From assembly GCA_000165345.1 (NCBI GenBank), contig CM000430.1:96001-160000 (forward strand): 64,000 nt of DNA, given 5' to 3'. Made by a program: the position numbers and the translations under genes. Positions 1 through 10,003 of this stretch are shown here, piece after piece. Position 1 is the stretch's first letter. Each line of letters starts with the position of its first letter. The notes below the pieces were generated by a model, which did not search any database, had not been told where the DNA came from, and saw only the letters and a list, made by a program, of their open reading frames with translations.

Positions 1-2
1 CT

Positions 3-221
3 CCGAGTTATAAGCCTAAAACAATTGATTTTTCTTCCTTTGATGGCACTCGTCCAAAACCAAAAAGTTCCTTACCTCGCAATATTCAAAGTGTAAATCA
101 TCATCTCTTGAGTTCACCTCCTCTTCCAAAGAAACCCCCTGTTGGAGATCCTTATAACCCAGAACGTTCTGCTGCCCTACTTTCCCGCAAACTCAAAGGA
201 GTTTATAACTCAAAACAATAA
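3..221 (+). CDS. 3' end of a gene that begins upstream of the window; Pro/Ser/Lys-rich C-terminus, product unknown
   Basis: Frame 3 is open from the window edge and stops at TAA 219..221 (…PLPKKPPVGDPYNPERSAALLSRKLKGVYNSKQ*). No start codon lies inside the window, so it is absent from the ORF track. The composition is unlike the flanking AT-rich non-coding DNA. Confidence 0.3.
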   Translation, partial: PSYKPKTIDFSSFDGTRPKPKSSLPRNIQSVNHHLLSSPPLPKKPPVGDPYNPERSAALLSRKLKGVYNSKQ

Positions 222-618
222 ATTGCTATTGTTCGCATTAAATCATATTTTAACCCACTGATATTGCCATGTAAGTTTTGTAAGAGATAATTGAAACTAG
301 ACTATGCATAAAAATTACTACGAAATCCTTACAATATGTTAATTACTACCTAACAAATGCTCCGACAAAGCCGCTCTTGGTCCTAAATTTTAATGTTTTT
401 GAGCTCAGTTATCTAAAACTAGTTTTATATGATAATTGAGTATATTGTAATGACTTGTGTTTTAAAATTGAATGATTAGTTACTTTAATTCTATTCTTTG
501 AATGATCAAATATTTTTTTTTTAAAACGTCTTAAGAACCGCCTAATTATGATTGAGACAGTTTTCTTCCTTGCTGATCATATGAATGTCAGTTTTTACAT
601 AAATTTTATTTTTTAATA

Positions 619-1167
619 ATGAATACAGTAAAGTTAAATTTTATTCCTCTAGTATTATGTTTGGCTTTTTTGTCAAATTTCCTTGGAATCCATGATCAAA
701 TTTTGAGTTTAAATACCCATGTTGATCATTCTCTTATTAAATTAAGTTCTCCGAGAAGATTTTTAAGAAGATTATGTTGTTGTTGTTCTTCTTCTTGTTC
801 TTCTGATGATAGTTGCTGCTCAAGTAGTTCTAATCGCGGATCTATAGAAATTGGAAACCCGACTCAACCTAAACATGTTTGGTCTGTAACTGGTTATTAC
901 GGAGGATTTGGTGAAGAAATGCCAACAGAACCACCTAGAACACAAGAGGGCGATGGAGGTAATGAGCAATCAGAGGAATCAGAAAAGAAATCTTCTTGTT
1001 GTTCTAGTAGCAGTTGCAAATCCAAAAAGTTGAAATTAAATAATGGTGATAGCAATGGTGATAGCAATAATGATGGCAATAGTGGTGGTAATGGTGGTAG
1101 AGGCGGCCCTCCGAATCCATATGCTGGATATACTGGCAGTTCGAACCCCACATTTACTACGGATTGA
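619..1167 (+). CDS. Hypothetical secreted Cys/Ser-rich protein (N-terminal signal peptide)
   Basis: ATG-initiated 182-aa ORF. It has a hydrophobic N-terminus (FIPLVLCLAFLSNFLG), CCCCSSSC / CCSSSSC clusters, and Gly/Asn/Asp-rich repeats (NGDSNGDSNNDGNSGGNGG). Confidence 0.45.
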   Translation: MNTVKLNFIPLVLCLAFLSNFLGIHDQILSLNTHVDHSLIKLSSPRRFLRRLCCCCSSSCSSDDSCCSSSSNRGSIEIGNPTQPKHVWSVTGYYGGFGEEMPTEPPRTQEGDGGNEQSEESEKKSSCCSSSSCKSKKLKLNNGDSNGDSNNDGNSGGNGGRGGPPNPYAGYTGSSNPTFTTD

Positions 1168-1964
1168 AAACTGAATCCCGTGCAGCTCTACCGATTTTTT
1201 GAACAGAACAAATCGATTGTCTTATTCCACTAAAGTATAATTTATCTCTGGAATAATATTCAAATCGAATTGTTCCTTTTTCTTAATTTCTTCTGCAAAG
1301 GAATTATTTTGTTATGTATGTAATATTGTAAATTATCATTTTCTGAATGAAAAAATTATAATTTGAGTTTGAAAACAAAAAATATAATATTTGAGTTAGA
1401 TAAATTATTAAATTTTTATAATTACATAAAATTTTCTTTTTTCTATTTCTTGATATATTTACACATATTTAATTTGTTTCCAATCTTAAATCGAAGGCTA
1501 CAATTGTCCATTCGAAGGAGAATATTGCAGCTTAACTTTGAATTTTTTTTTTCAATTTTTTAAGTATTATTTCAATTATTATGAGAAACAATCTTTAGAT
1601 AATAAAATTAAATTCAAGAACGAATGAAAATTGTTGTGTAGAATTTTTACTTAAAAATACGATTTTAACAAGTTAATTAAAAAATTAACCTTTATGTTTT
1701 TCAATGAAGTTAAGTACTAAATCTAATATAAATCTAGTATTTATCATTTTTTTAATTTTCTTCATGAAATAATAATATATTAAATTGCAATTAATAATAA
1801 GTTATACACAGTTATTCAATTATTTTCTATGGTAATTATTTCTTTCTTTTTATTAGTAATATTCTTCTGTACAAGTTTTGATTTTCAAATTATTAATGAT
1901 TTATATCTCATTAATATTATTATTAATTAAATATTATTAATCATAATTTCAACGTTTATTTTAT

Positions 1965-4900
1965 TTGNNAGGGTNAGCGAGTTNCGTTATTCGTTTNNNN
2001 NNNNNNNNNNNNNNNNNNNNNNNNNNNNNNNNNNNNNNNNNNNNNNNNNNNNNNNNNNNNNNNNNNNNNNNNNNNNNNNNNNNNNNNNNNNNNNNNATTT
2101 CATTCCAAAAATTATATCAATGGAAATTATATATTAATCATAAATATCTTCAAATTCAACAATTTCTCAATTCTAATATATGTAGAAATATTATTATAGA
2201 ATTAAGAAATTTATCAAAAGAAACAAAATTTACTATACAAATTTCTGATTTATTATATCGTAATTTTATTATGAGAAGAATATTAAATGGAATAATATAT
2301 TGGAAATTTCAAAGTCAATATCAAAAAGAATGTAGAAATAAATATCAATTACTTGAAAATTATATTAATAAAAAATTAATTAATAAAATATTTATTAATT
2401 GGAAAAAAGAATGTCAAGATTATATTATTTATTATAAATTTATTAAAAGTATACAATTACCAATCAAAAAAAGAGTTTTTATTATTTTTAAAGGTAATTA
2501 TATATTCAATAAATATAATTATAATTGTATTCGAATATTTTTTATATCATGGAATTCTTTAACAAATAAAAAAAGAATATTAAAAGAAAAATGTCAAAAT
2601 TTCTATCAATTTTATATTTTAAAAAGATTAATAGAAAGAGTATTTAAACAATGGAGAATAAAATATTATCAGAAATTGAATATATATCAATTTTATGATA
2701 ATATTATTATTAAAAAACCTATGAAAACAATTTTTTATTATTGGAATAATAAAACAATTCAAAGATTAAAAAATGAAAAAGAATTAACAACCAAAATAAT
2801 TAATAGAGAAAAAAAGGATTATTTAAGAATGATGATAATTATTTATAAAATGAATAAAATTTATTATCAAATCAATTTTGGAATTATTAAAAGAATATTT
2901 AATATATGGAAGAAATTATATATGATTGAAAAATTTCATAGAATGAAATTATTAAAACAATATATAATATATTGGAGACATTATTCAATAAAAAGAATAA
3001 TATATAGAGATAAGATTAATATATTTATACAAGAAAGATCAAAAAGATTAATAGAAGAATATTATATAAGAATGATTATATTATATAGAAAAAGAATACA
3101 AATAAAAGAAAAATATGAATATATAAGAAATAGAATAAGAAATAGAAATTTATTAAAAATTATTCAAATATGGAAACAAAGATTTAATAATAGAATAAAG
3201 AAAAAGAATGATTATCAATATTTATTAATAATACATAATAATTATATATTAAAGATGTCAATTCGAATTTGGAAGGAGAGAATGTTAAAAGAGGAAAGAT
3301 ATAGATTAATAATCAATCAAGAAGAAATGAAAAGAATATATAATTTAAAGAGTAGAATATTAAATTATTGGAGAAAAATTTGGAAACCACATCATTATAT
3401 AAAAGTATCAAATGAATTAATAAAGATATTGAATAGAATAATAATACATAATTCATTTCATAAATTATTAAGAATAACATTTTATTCATATAAATATAAT
3501 AAAGATGAGGATAAGAATTGGATTAATATGATAAGAATGAATAATAATATAATAATAAATAAAAGAATTGGATATAGTTATTATATGGAATGTAGATGTA
3601 CTAGTAATGAATTAATAAGAGGATGTTTATTATTAAAAGATAATAATTTATGGATAATGAATATATTATCAAAAATACAAGAAATAAGAAATAATACAAT
3701 ATATGATATGTTATTAAGAATGAGAGAATATATAAGAATAAGAAAGAATTATGAGAAAGGTATAAATGATTTGGAGAAGAATTTAAGAAGAATAATATTA
3801 TCAAGAGTTTGGATAGAGATGATTAATAATATAGAAAGAATATGGATGATAGGAAGATTAATAATAATAATAAGAAATAGAAGAGAGGAGAGAATAAAGA
3901 GACAAGTATTAGTAAGATGGGTGAATAAATATAATGAGAATTATAGGAATAAATGTATAATAGAATATATGAGAAGAATATATGGTAATACAATAAAGAT
4001 TAAATGTTATTTAATTTGGTCAATAAAATTTGAGATAATAAAAAAGAAGAAGAGATTAAAAGAAAGATATGAGAAATATTTAAGAGTTTATATAATAGAA
4101 TATACAATAAGAAGAATGAATGAATATTATTTATATAATAAATGGTTAATATGGTGTAAGAAAGCTTATGATAGAATAGAATGGGTACATGATTTTAGAT
4201 TAAAATCGATATTATTTATAAATTGGAGAAGATATTCAAAAAAGCAGAAAATATTAAGGGATGAATTATATATATTATATAATAAAGTAAAGATAAGAAA
4301 GAAAGGATATATATTAATAGAATGGGTGAATAGGATAAGAATATTATTAAGAATGAGAAATGATGCTGAGAATTATTATTTGAATAATATAATATATAGA
4401 AGAAGATTTAAAGATTGTTTTAATATATGGAGAGGATTATCATTAAGATTAAGAAATCAAAAGAAGAAGATAATGGATTATTTGGAGAATAAGAATAAGA
4501 ATTTGAAGATTACATGTTTTAAACTTTGGAGATTTTTTATTTATTATAGAAAGACAAGGAATTCAAGATTTGAGAAGATAACAAATATAATAAGATTGAA
4601 TCATTTAAATATGATGGTTTATAGAATATTTTATTCATGGAAATTAAAGATGATAGAATTAAGATCTTTAAAGAATTCAATATTTTCATTTTGGAATTCT
4701 GGTATGGGTTTGGAGATGGAGGAGAGTGGATTGGGAGTGGAGGATGGTGAGAGGGGAGGAAGAAGAGGGAGAGGAGTTGGAGGAGAAGGAAGGGTTGGAG
4801 GAAGAGGAAGGGGAGGGATGGGAGGAGAAATGGAAAGGGGAGGGATGGGAGGAGAAATGGAAAGGGGAGAAATGGTAAGAGGAGAAATGGTAAGAGGAGA

Positions 4901-6350
4901 AATGATAAGAGGAGAAATAGAAAGAAGAAGCGAAATAAAAGAAAGAAGAGAGATGAACGAGCTCATTTCTCCATCAACTTTTAATTCTCCTTCTCAATAC
5001 TCTTTGGAGTTTTCAGTGGATTCACCTTCATTTAAGTTAAAAGAGGAGGAGGATGGTGTAGGGGAGGAAGATTTAGATAATGGAGAGAAAAGAAGAAAAG
5101 GAAAGGGGGAGAAAAAAGATGTTGAGAGAAAGGATTATGGATTCATGAGTATATTTTCATCAAGTGGAAATTCTTCATTAGAGTTAGTATCTCAAAGGTT
5201 GGAATCAACACGTCAAGATGATTTGAGAGGTGTAGTTAAAGAAAGAGAAATTCAAGGTCAAGCAAGGAATAATTATGGGAATTCATCTCCATCATCTACT
5301 CGTGAATATGTTAATAGGTTACTTTCCTCTTCTTCTTCTTCTTCTTCTTTGTCTGCTTTATCCGATATTTCAGAAAAAGTTTCAATAAAAGACTCTCCAT
5401 ATACTAATTCCAAGACAAAAAGATCTCATAATTCTTATTCAAAAGCTAGAAGATCATTTTCTCCTTTCCTTCAATATTCTGTGTCTTCTTCTTCTTCCTC
5501 TTTACAGTCACTATCATATTCAGATGGTGACTTGGAGATTGATGAACTACATTCTGCAACAAAGTTAAAGATAAATAGAACTCGTAAGGATCAAAATTCG
5601 TTAGACTGGAATTCACCTTCATTATCTCCACAACAACCACCATCTTCATTATCTCTTCCTCCTCCACCATCTTCATTATCTCCTCCTCCACAAGTGACTT
5701 CATCATCTCTACAACCTTCATTATCTTCTTCACCGCCTCCAATATCTCGACAATCTCTATCTTTACCACAACAGCAATCTAATCCATCTTCACCTTCACT
5801 TCCACATCTATCTTTACCTCCTCCTCCTCCTCCACAATATTCGAGTTATAAATCTTCAAATTCAAGTAATAATGATTCAATGATAATAAATCGATCAAAT
5901 TTATCTTCAAAGTTACCTCTTCCATTTCCAATTCCTATTCAACAACAGCCACAATTACAAATGGTAAATCAGGATGTGAAACAATTGTATGATTCAAATT
6001 TCACTTCTTCTTCTTCTTCTTCTTCCTCTTATTTTTCCTCTGCTTTTTCACCCTCTTCTTACTCAAAGAAAATTACTGAAGATCCAAATTTATTATTAGT
6101 AAAACTTGATACTGATACAAATCAAACAATTAAAGATCTTCCTCAAGATCCTTATCATATCTCAAGTTCTAGTCCAATCTTTAAAACAATCAAGACTGAT
6201 TTAAACAATATTCCTAATCAAAACTTTAAAGATGACCAACAAATTGAGTCCAATATAAACATAAAACCCACTCATTCTCAAAACAATAATATATTCACTT
6301 CTTCTATTTCTTCCTCTTCATCCTCATCTTTCCCTTCTCAGTCTTCATAA
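1965..6350 (+). CDS. Giant Sfi1-like centrin-binding-repeat protein, 5' end lost in the assembly gap; C-terminal half is Gly/Glu/Arg and Ser/Pro low-complexity
   Basis: The 4.4 kb ORF runs through the N run; the track start is a TTG, so the real start is unknown. The N-terminal ~900 aa carry over 20 copies of a roughly 30-35-aa repeat, each ending in [FIL]xxW[KR] (FINWKKE, FISWNSL, FKQWRIK, FYYWNNK, FNIWKKL, IIYWRHY, IQIWKQR, IRIWKER, LNYWRKI …). This matches the Sfi1 repeat consensus as I remember it. The family call is from memory, not a search. Confidence 0.5.
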   Translation: MXGXASXVIRXXXXXXXXXXXXXXXXXXXXXXXXXXXXXXXXXXISFQKLYQWKLYINHKYLQIQQFLNSNICRNIIIELRNLSKETKFTIQISDLLYRNFIMRRILNGIIYWKFQSQYQKECRNKYQLLENYINKKLINKIFINWKKECQDYIIYYKFIKSIQLPIKKRVFIIFKGNYIFNKYNYNCIRIFFISWNSLTNKKRILKEKCQNFYQFYILKRLIERVFKQWRIKYYQKLNIYQFYDNIIIKKPMKTIFYYWNNKTIQRLKNEKELTTKIINREKKDYLRMMIIIYKMNKIYYQINFGIIKRIFNIWKKLYMIEKFHRMKLLKQYIIYWRHYSIKRIIYRDKINIFIQERSKRLIEEYYIRMIILYRKRIQIKEKYEYIRNRIRNRNLLKIIQIWKQRFNNRIKKKNDYQYLLIIHNNYILKMSIRIWKERMLKEERYRLIINQEEMKRIYNLKSRILNYWRKIWKPHHYIKVSNELIKILNRIIIHNSFHKLLRITFYSYKYNKDEDKNWINMIRMNNNIIINKRIGYSYYMECRCTSNELIRGCLLLKDNNLWIMNILSKIQEIRNNTIYDMLLRMREYIRIRKNYEKGINDLEKNLRRIILSRVWIEMINNIERIWMIGRLIIIIRNRREERIKRQVLVRWVNKYNENYRNKCIIEYMRRIYGNTIKIKCYLIWSIKFEIIKKKKRLKERYEKYLRVYIIEYTIRRMNEYYLYNKWLIWCKKAYDRIEWVHDFRLKSILFINWRRYSKKQKILRDELYILYNKVKIRKKGYILIEWVNRIRILLRMRNDAENYYLNNIIYRRRFKDCFNIWRGLSLRLRNQKKKIMDYLENKNKNLKITCFKLWRFFIYYRKTRNSRFEKITNIIRLNHLNMMVYRIFYSWKLKMIELRSLKNSIFSFWNSGMGLEMEESGLGVEDGERGGRRGRGVGGEGRVGGRGRGGMGGEMERGGMGGEMERGEMVRGEMVRGEMIRGEIERRSEIKERREMNELISPSTFNSPSQYSLEFSVDSPSFKLKEEEDGVGEEDLDNGEKRRKGKGEKKDVERKDYGFMSIFSSSGNSSLELVSQRLESTRQDDLRGVVKEREIQGQARNNYGNSSPSSTREYVNRLLSSSSSSSSLSALSDISEKVSIKDSPYTNSKTKRSHNSYSKARRSFSPFLQYSVSSSSSSLQSLSYSDGDLEIDELHSATKLKINRTRKDQNSLDWNSPSLSPQQPPSSLSLPPPPSSLSPPPQVTSSSLQPSLSSSPPPISRQSLSLPQQQSNPSSPSLPHLSLPPPPPPQYSSYKSSNSSNNDSMIINRSNLSSKLPLPFPIPIQQQPQLQMVNQDVKQLYDSNFTSSSSSSSSYFSSAFSPSSYSKKITEDPNLLLVKLDTDTNQTIKDLPQDPYHISSSSPIFKTIKTDLNNIPNQNFKDDQQIESNINIKPTHSQNNNIFTSSISSSSSSSFPSQSS
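1997..2096. other. Assembly gap (run of N, with further ambiguous bases at 1969-1984)
   Basis: An explicit N run is present in the sequence. It removes the 5' end and promoter of the downstream gene. Confidence 0.95.
4700..4930 (+). repeat. In-frame purine-only (GA-rich) tandem repeats (two ~33-nt units, then four 15-nt GGAGAAATGGTAAGA units) encoding GGEMERG / GEMVRGEM
   Basis: Direct repeats are visible in the sequence. There is strong strand asymmetry (purines on the coding strand). Confidence 0.8.
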
Positions 6351-6600
6351 TGACACCACTTATTACAAATATCGCTATTTACTCAACTCAATGTCACCAA
6401 AGGGACAACACTCTTAAAACTACCATAACGAAGCCATTCTTAACACCACCATAAAGACACTACTCTTAACACAACTCATAACATTACTATTAAAATCACT
6501 CCCAACTCTACTTCTACTCTATTACTATTCTCAGTTTTATACCCCAAAGCTAATTTCCTTTAGTCCCACTACCACTACCAAGAATTCCCGCCCATTTCTA

Positions 6601-6653
6601 TGCATGCATGGATTTTACAACTTACGTGTCAATTGACACGTAATTTGCATGCA
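6601..6653. promoter_or_regulatory. Motif cluster: TGCATGCATG, 18-nt perfect palindrome ACGTGTCAATTGACACGT (6624..6641), ACGTAAT, TGCATGCA
   Basis: Read directly from the sequence. TGCATGCA is one of the over-represented upstream motifs of Cryptosporidium genes (established knowledge). The cluster lies between the end of the Sfi1-like gene and the 3' end of the porin gene. Confidence 0.4.
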
Positions 6654-6734
6654 AAAATTATTAATTTATATTGAAAGAGAAGGAGAAAGGGAGGAAAAAA
6701 AGAGAGGAGGGAACAGAAAAAGACATAGTAGGAC

Positions 6735-6893
6735 AAGACAAAGTAAAGCGAGACAAAGCAAAGCAAGACGACAAAGCAAAGCAAGAAGACAAAGCAAAGC
6801 AAGACAAGGTAAAACTAGGCCAAGTTTATTTTAATTTTATCCGTATGCAATTATTATTACTGCTATTACTATTACTATTATTATTACTATTTT
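6735..6893 (+). repeat. Intergenic low-complexity repeats: (ACAAAGCAAAGCAAGA)n purine tract followed by (TTA/TAT)n
   Basis: Direct repeats are visible. The two track ORFs here (6649..6834, 6671..6895) are repeat artefacts. Confidence 0.7.
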
Positions 6894-6999
6894 GAAATTT
6901 TTAAATAATAGAGTAATACATATTGGGAGGTGAAATATTATAATTCTATTTATTTTATTCTCTTCTCTGAATGTAATATTCGTTTACTTGATTCTTAAT

Positions 7000-8415
7000 T
7001 CAAGCACTCATATCTAAAATAAATCCATACTTGACAGAATCAGGATCATTTAGTTTTCGAGGATCAATTTGAGCTCCAAATGTTGCTGAGATATTTTTTG
7101 TAAAATTATGAGTCAAAGAATATGCCATTTTTAAATTATTCATTACTTTAAATCTTAAATCAGTACTCTTCATATTATTAGTCATAGATCCAAAGGAAAT
7201 CTTACCTCCTATTGTATATTGAACTTTATCTGAAAATTTTGTTAAATAATTTTCATAATAAGTTTTTGATACTTTATTTTTGGTGATTAATCCTAATCCA
7301 TTATCTTCAATTTGTTGAATATTATCTTCATTATTATTTCCATTATTATTTTCAGTATTATAAGATATCATTAAGCCTAAAGTTAAATAATTTCTAACTA
7401 AATTGTTTAATATTAATCCTCCTGTAAATCCAGATAACTTATTATTTTGATGATTTGTATTAGTTTGTAATGATAAAACATAATTTGGTGTTAAAATAGA
7501 AATTGGACTTAATGTTGATGATCCTCCTATTCCTTCATATAAATCATTATTATCATTAGTATTATTATTATTACAAATCATACTATTCTTAAAACGTGAT
7601 CCAAAATTTTCTTTCTTATGTATTAAACCTTGATAATTAAATTGTTCATATCCTTGAGATCTTTCATTAATTGTATCTTTACAAGATCTCATAAATAAAG
7701 GTCCTTTAAGCATTAATCCCAACATTAATTTTAATGAATTCTTATTATTATTATTATGGGGTAAATTTATATTTGATGAAGATATCATTGATCCAAGACT
7801 TAAACTATTAATACAAGAAAATGGTCTTAAAGTTATTGTATTACTTAACATCATACCAATACTATCTTTATTTTCTTTATTAGATTTATTCAAACATCCT
7901 AATGTTTTTATTGTAGGAGATATTCTAAATCTTGATTGAATATATTCACCTTGAATATCTCCTCCAATTTCTAAACAACCTGATCCATTATTAGTATTAT
8001 TATATGATCCCAATGAATTTGTTAATTTTGGAAACCTTTCATATTTTGATGTTAAACTTATACCATAATATGGTTTTGTTTTTACTTCCATTATAGAAAT
8101 CCCATTCATATCCATTTTTGTTTCCATTTGTGATGAACATATATTCCATTTTAATGTTGAATTTCCATCCAATGAGAATATTTGTTTACTATTATTATTA
8201 CTATTATTTTCTCCACAACATCCATTTCCATCATTACAACATTTTGACTTATTTCCATTTTTTCCTCCATTAGAAGGTGTTGAAATATTATAACTAAATG
8301 AAGGATTCTTGCAAATACTTGTGAGATTTAACTCTAATAATTTATCTTTTTCTGTTGGATACTTGGACTTAAATAATCCAATTACTTCCTTATTAAAATC
8401 ACCAACTAGTACCAT
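7000..8415 (-). CDS. Eukaryotic beta-barrel porin (VDAC / Porin_3 family-like) with Asn-rich insertions
   Basis: ATG start at 8415. The N-terminus MVLVGDFNKEVIGLFKSKY resembles the VDAC N-helix (…YADLGKSARDVFTKGY). The C-terminus KVMNNLKMAYSLTHNFTKNISATFGAQIDPRKLNDPDSVKYGFILDMSA aligns by eye with human VDAC1 [48 protein letters not shown]. Alternating hydrophobic beta-strand patterning runs throughout. Family assignment is from memory, not a search. Confidence 0.5.
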   Translation of the reverse strand: MVLVGDFNKEVIGLFKSKYPTEKDKLLELNLTSICKNPSFSYNISTPSNGGKNGNKSKCCNDGNGCCGENNSNNNSKQIFSLDGNSTLKWNICSSQMETKMDMNGISIMEVKTKPYYGISLTSKYERFPKLTNSLGSYNNTNNGSGCLEIGGDIQGEYIQSRFRISPTIKTLGCLNKSNKENKDSIGMMLSNTITLRPFSCINSLSLGSMISSSNINLPHNNNNKNSLKLMLGLMLKGPLFMRSCKDTINERSQGYEQFNYQGLIHKKENFGSRFKNSMICNNNNTNDNNDLYEGIGGSSTLSPISILTPNYVLSLQTNTNHQNNKLSGFTGGLILNNLVRNYLTLGLMISYNTENNNGNNNEDNIQQIEDNGLGLITKNKVSKTYYENYLTKFSDKVQYTIGGKISFGSMTNNMKSTDLRFKVMNNLKMAYSLTHNFTKNISATFGAQIDPRKLNDPDSVKYGFILDMSA

Positions 8416-8866
8416 TTTTTTTAATGTGTTTTCTTTTATTTTATATAATTTAAATTGTAAATCTTATTATTAATACTAAATTACTTATTATTAATATTAT
8501 TCTTTTCAATTTATTATTTTATATTAAAATACAAACTGATATATATAATATTATTAAATGTATATTATATTTTTTTCTGTGTTTAAATAAATAATCCCTA
8601 ATTCAATCAAATTTATATTTAACCTTTAAAATTCATTCAATTAATTACTCCCTCTTTATCCAAACAACCAAAAAACTAACCAACAAATCCCCCCCCCCTC
8701 CCACTCCCCCACAAAAAATAAACTATTATTAAAATTATTGAAATTATTAAAAAAAAAAATTATTAAATAGAAAATATCATATTTACTCTATTAAATATAT
8801 ATATATATATCTATATATATTTATTTAATCATTATTCCATATTTTCTATATTAATATTTGTTATTT

Positions 8867-10003
8867 TTACTTTGATAATGTATTTGTTACAATATCTTCA
8901 ATTGTACTAAATACCTGCTTAATCATTTTACCTCCATTTTGATTACTCTTTTTATTATCATTTTTTTTATTATTTTCATCAACATCATCCTCCTTTTCTA
9001 AATCCTTTACTTCATCATTATTATTATTAGACTTCTTCTTTAATCCATCAAAAACATCATTAACCTTCTCTTCAACTCTTTCTAATAAACCCTTCTTTGC
9101 TAATACTCTCAAATTGGATGTATTATTATAATATACAATTTCTGGTGTTTTGATTGGTGATGCTGTATCATTATACCTTTTACCATCACTACTTATACTT
9201 GTTTCATTATATAATGGATTATTCTTAATATTTTTATCACGATTATTATCTTCATTTTCATCATCATCTTCTTCTTCATCCCTATCTTGTACTATAATTC
9301 TCTCATTACCACTCAAACCAGCTCTATTAAAACCTGTTAATGTTGGAAACCTTTGTAAATAATCACTTTCCCTATTCAATAAATTATTAACAGGATTGTT
9401 TCCTGATGAAGAAGTTTGATTTCTTTGCATTAAAGATTCATTAGAATTCTGTAAATCATTATTTTGATTTCCATTAGATAATATTCCATCTTGTAAATCA
9501 TTAATAAATCCAGGTGTCATATTTTCCATAGGAATCATTACATCCATCTTTCTTTCATTTGATTCAGATTCATTACCTAAATATCTAAAATATGGTCCAG
9601 GTAATGGAGCATATGGTAATGGTGAAACATATCCAACTGGTCGTGTAAATACTCCTCCTGGTCTAGAGGTTGTTCTTGTGTATGAATATGAATAATTATA
9701 TGGATATCCTGGCACTCCTGCATATGGATATTGATATGAATATGTATATGGATATTGATATGAATAAGTATATGAATATGGGTATTGATATTGATATGGA
9801 TATGAGTAATACACAGGTTGTTCTACAAAATATGGACGATCCACAAATACTGTTTGATCTCCTACATAGCCTCCTCTTCTATGTCCAAGTGATCTTACTT
9901 CAGTAGTAGAATTCTTTTCTTGTTTTTGAGACTTAACTACATTTCCCAAGCATGCCAATATTAATATTATAACTGTTGTATTTTTTAATGTAAACTTGAC
10001 CAT
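8867..10003 (-). CDS. Secreted tyrosine-rich repeat protein (YPYSYTYSYQ-type repeats), followed by Asn/Asp/Glu-rich tail
   Basis: ATG start at 10003. Signal-peptide-like N-terminus (TTVIILILACLGNVVKS). Residues ~60-110 are almost entirely Y/P/S/T/Q (YYSYPYQYQYPYSYTYSYQYPYTYSYQYPYAGVPGYPYNYSYSY). Confidence 0.5.
   Translation of the reverse strand: MVKFTLKNTTVIILILACLGNVVKSQKQEKNSTTEVRSLGHRRGGYVGDQTVFVDRPYFVEQPVYYSYPYQYQYPYSYTYSYQYPYTYSYQYPYAGVPGYPYNYSYSYTRTTSRPGGVFTRPVGYVSPLPYAPLPGPYFRYLGNESESNERKMDVMIPMENMTPGFINDLQDGILSNGNQNNDLQNSNESLMQRNQTSSSGNNPVNNLLNRESDYLQRFPTLTGFNRAGLSGNERIIVQDRDEEEDDDENEDNNRDKNIKNNPLYNETSISSDGKRYNDTASPIKTPEIVYYNNTSNLRVLAKKGLLERVEEKVNDVFDGLKKKSNNNNDEVKDLEKEDDVDENNKKNDNKKSNQNGGKMIKQVFSTIEDIVTNTLSK

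Noticed and set aside
3601-5769. Antisense ORFs inside the Sfi1-like gene (3601..3804-, 4631..4966-, 5446..5769-)
   Set aside because: These are reverse-strand readings of low-complexity or repeat coding DNA (for example polypyrimidine giving SPLTISPL). They lie fully inside a much longer, repeat-structured sense ORF.
6649-6895. Two overlapping track ORFs (61 and 74 aa) rich in K/R/Q and poly-Leu
   Set aside because: They are translations of an intergenic purine-rich tandem repeat (ACAAAGCAAAGCAAGA)n and a (TTA)n tract. They have no start context and no coding-like composition.
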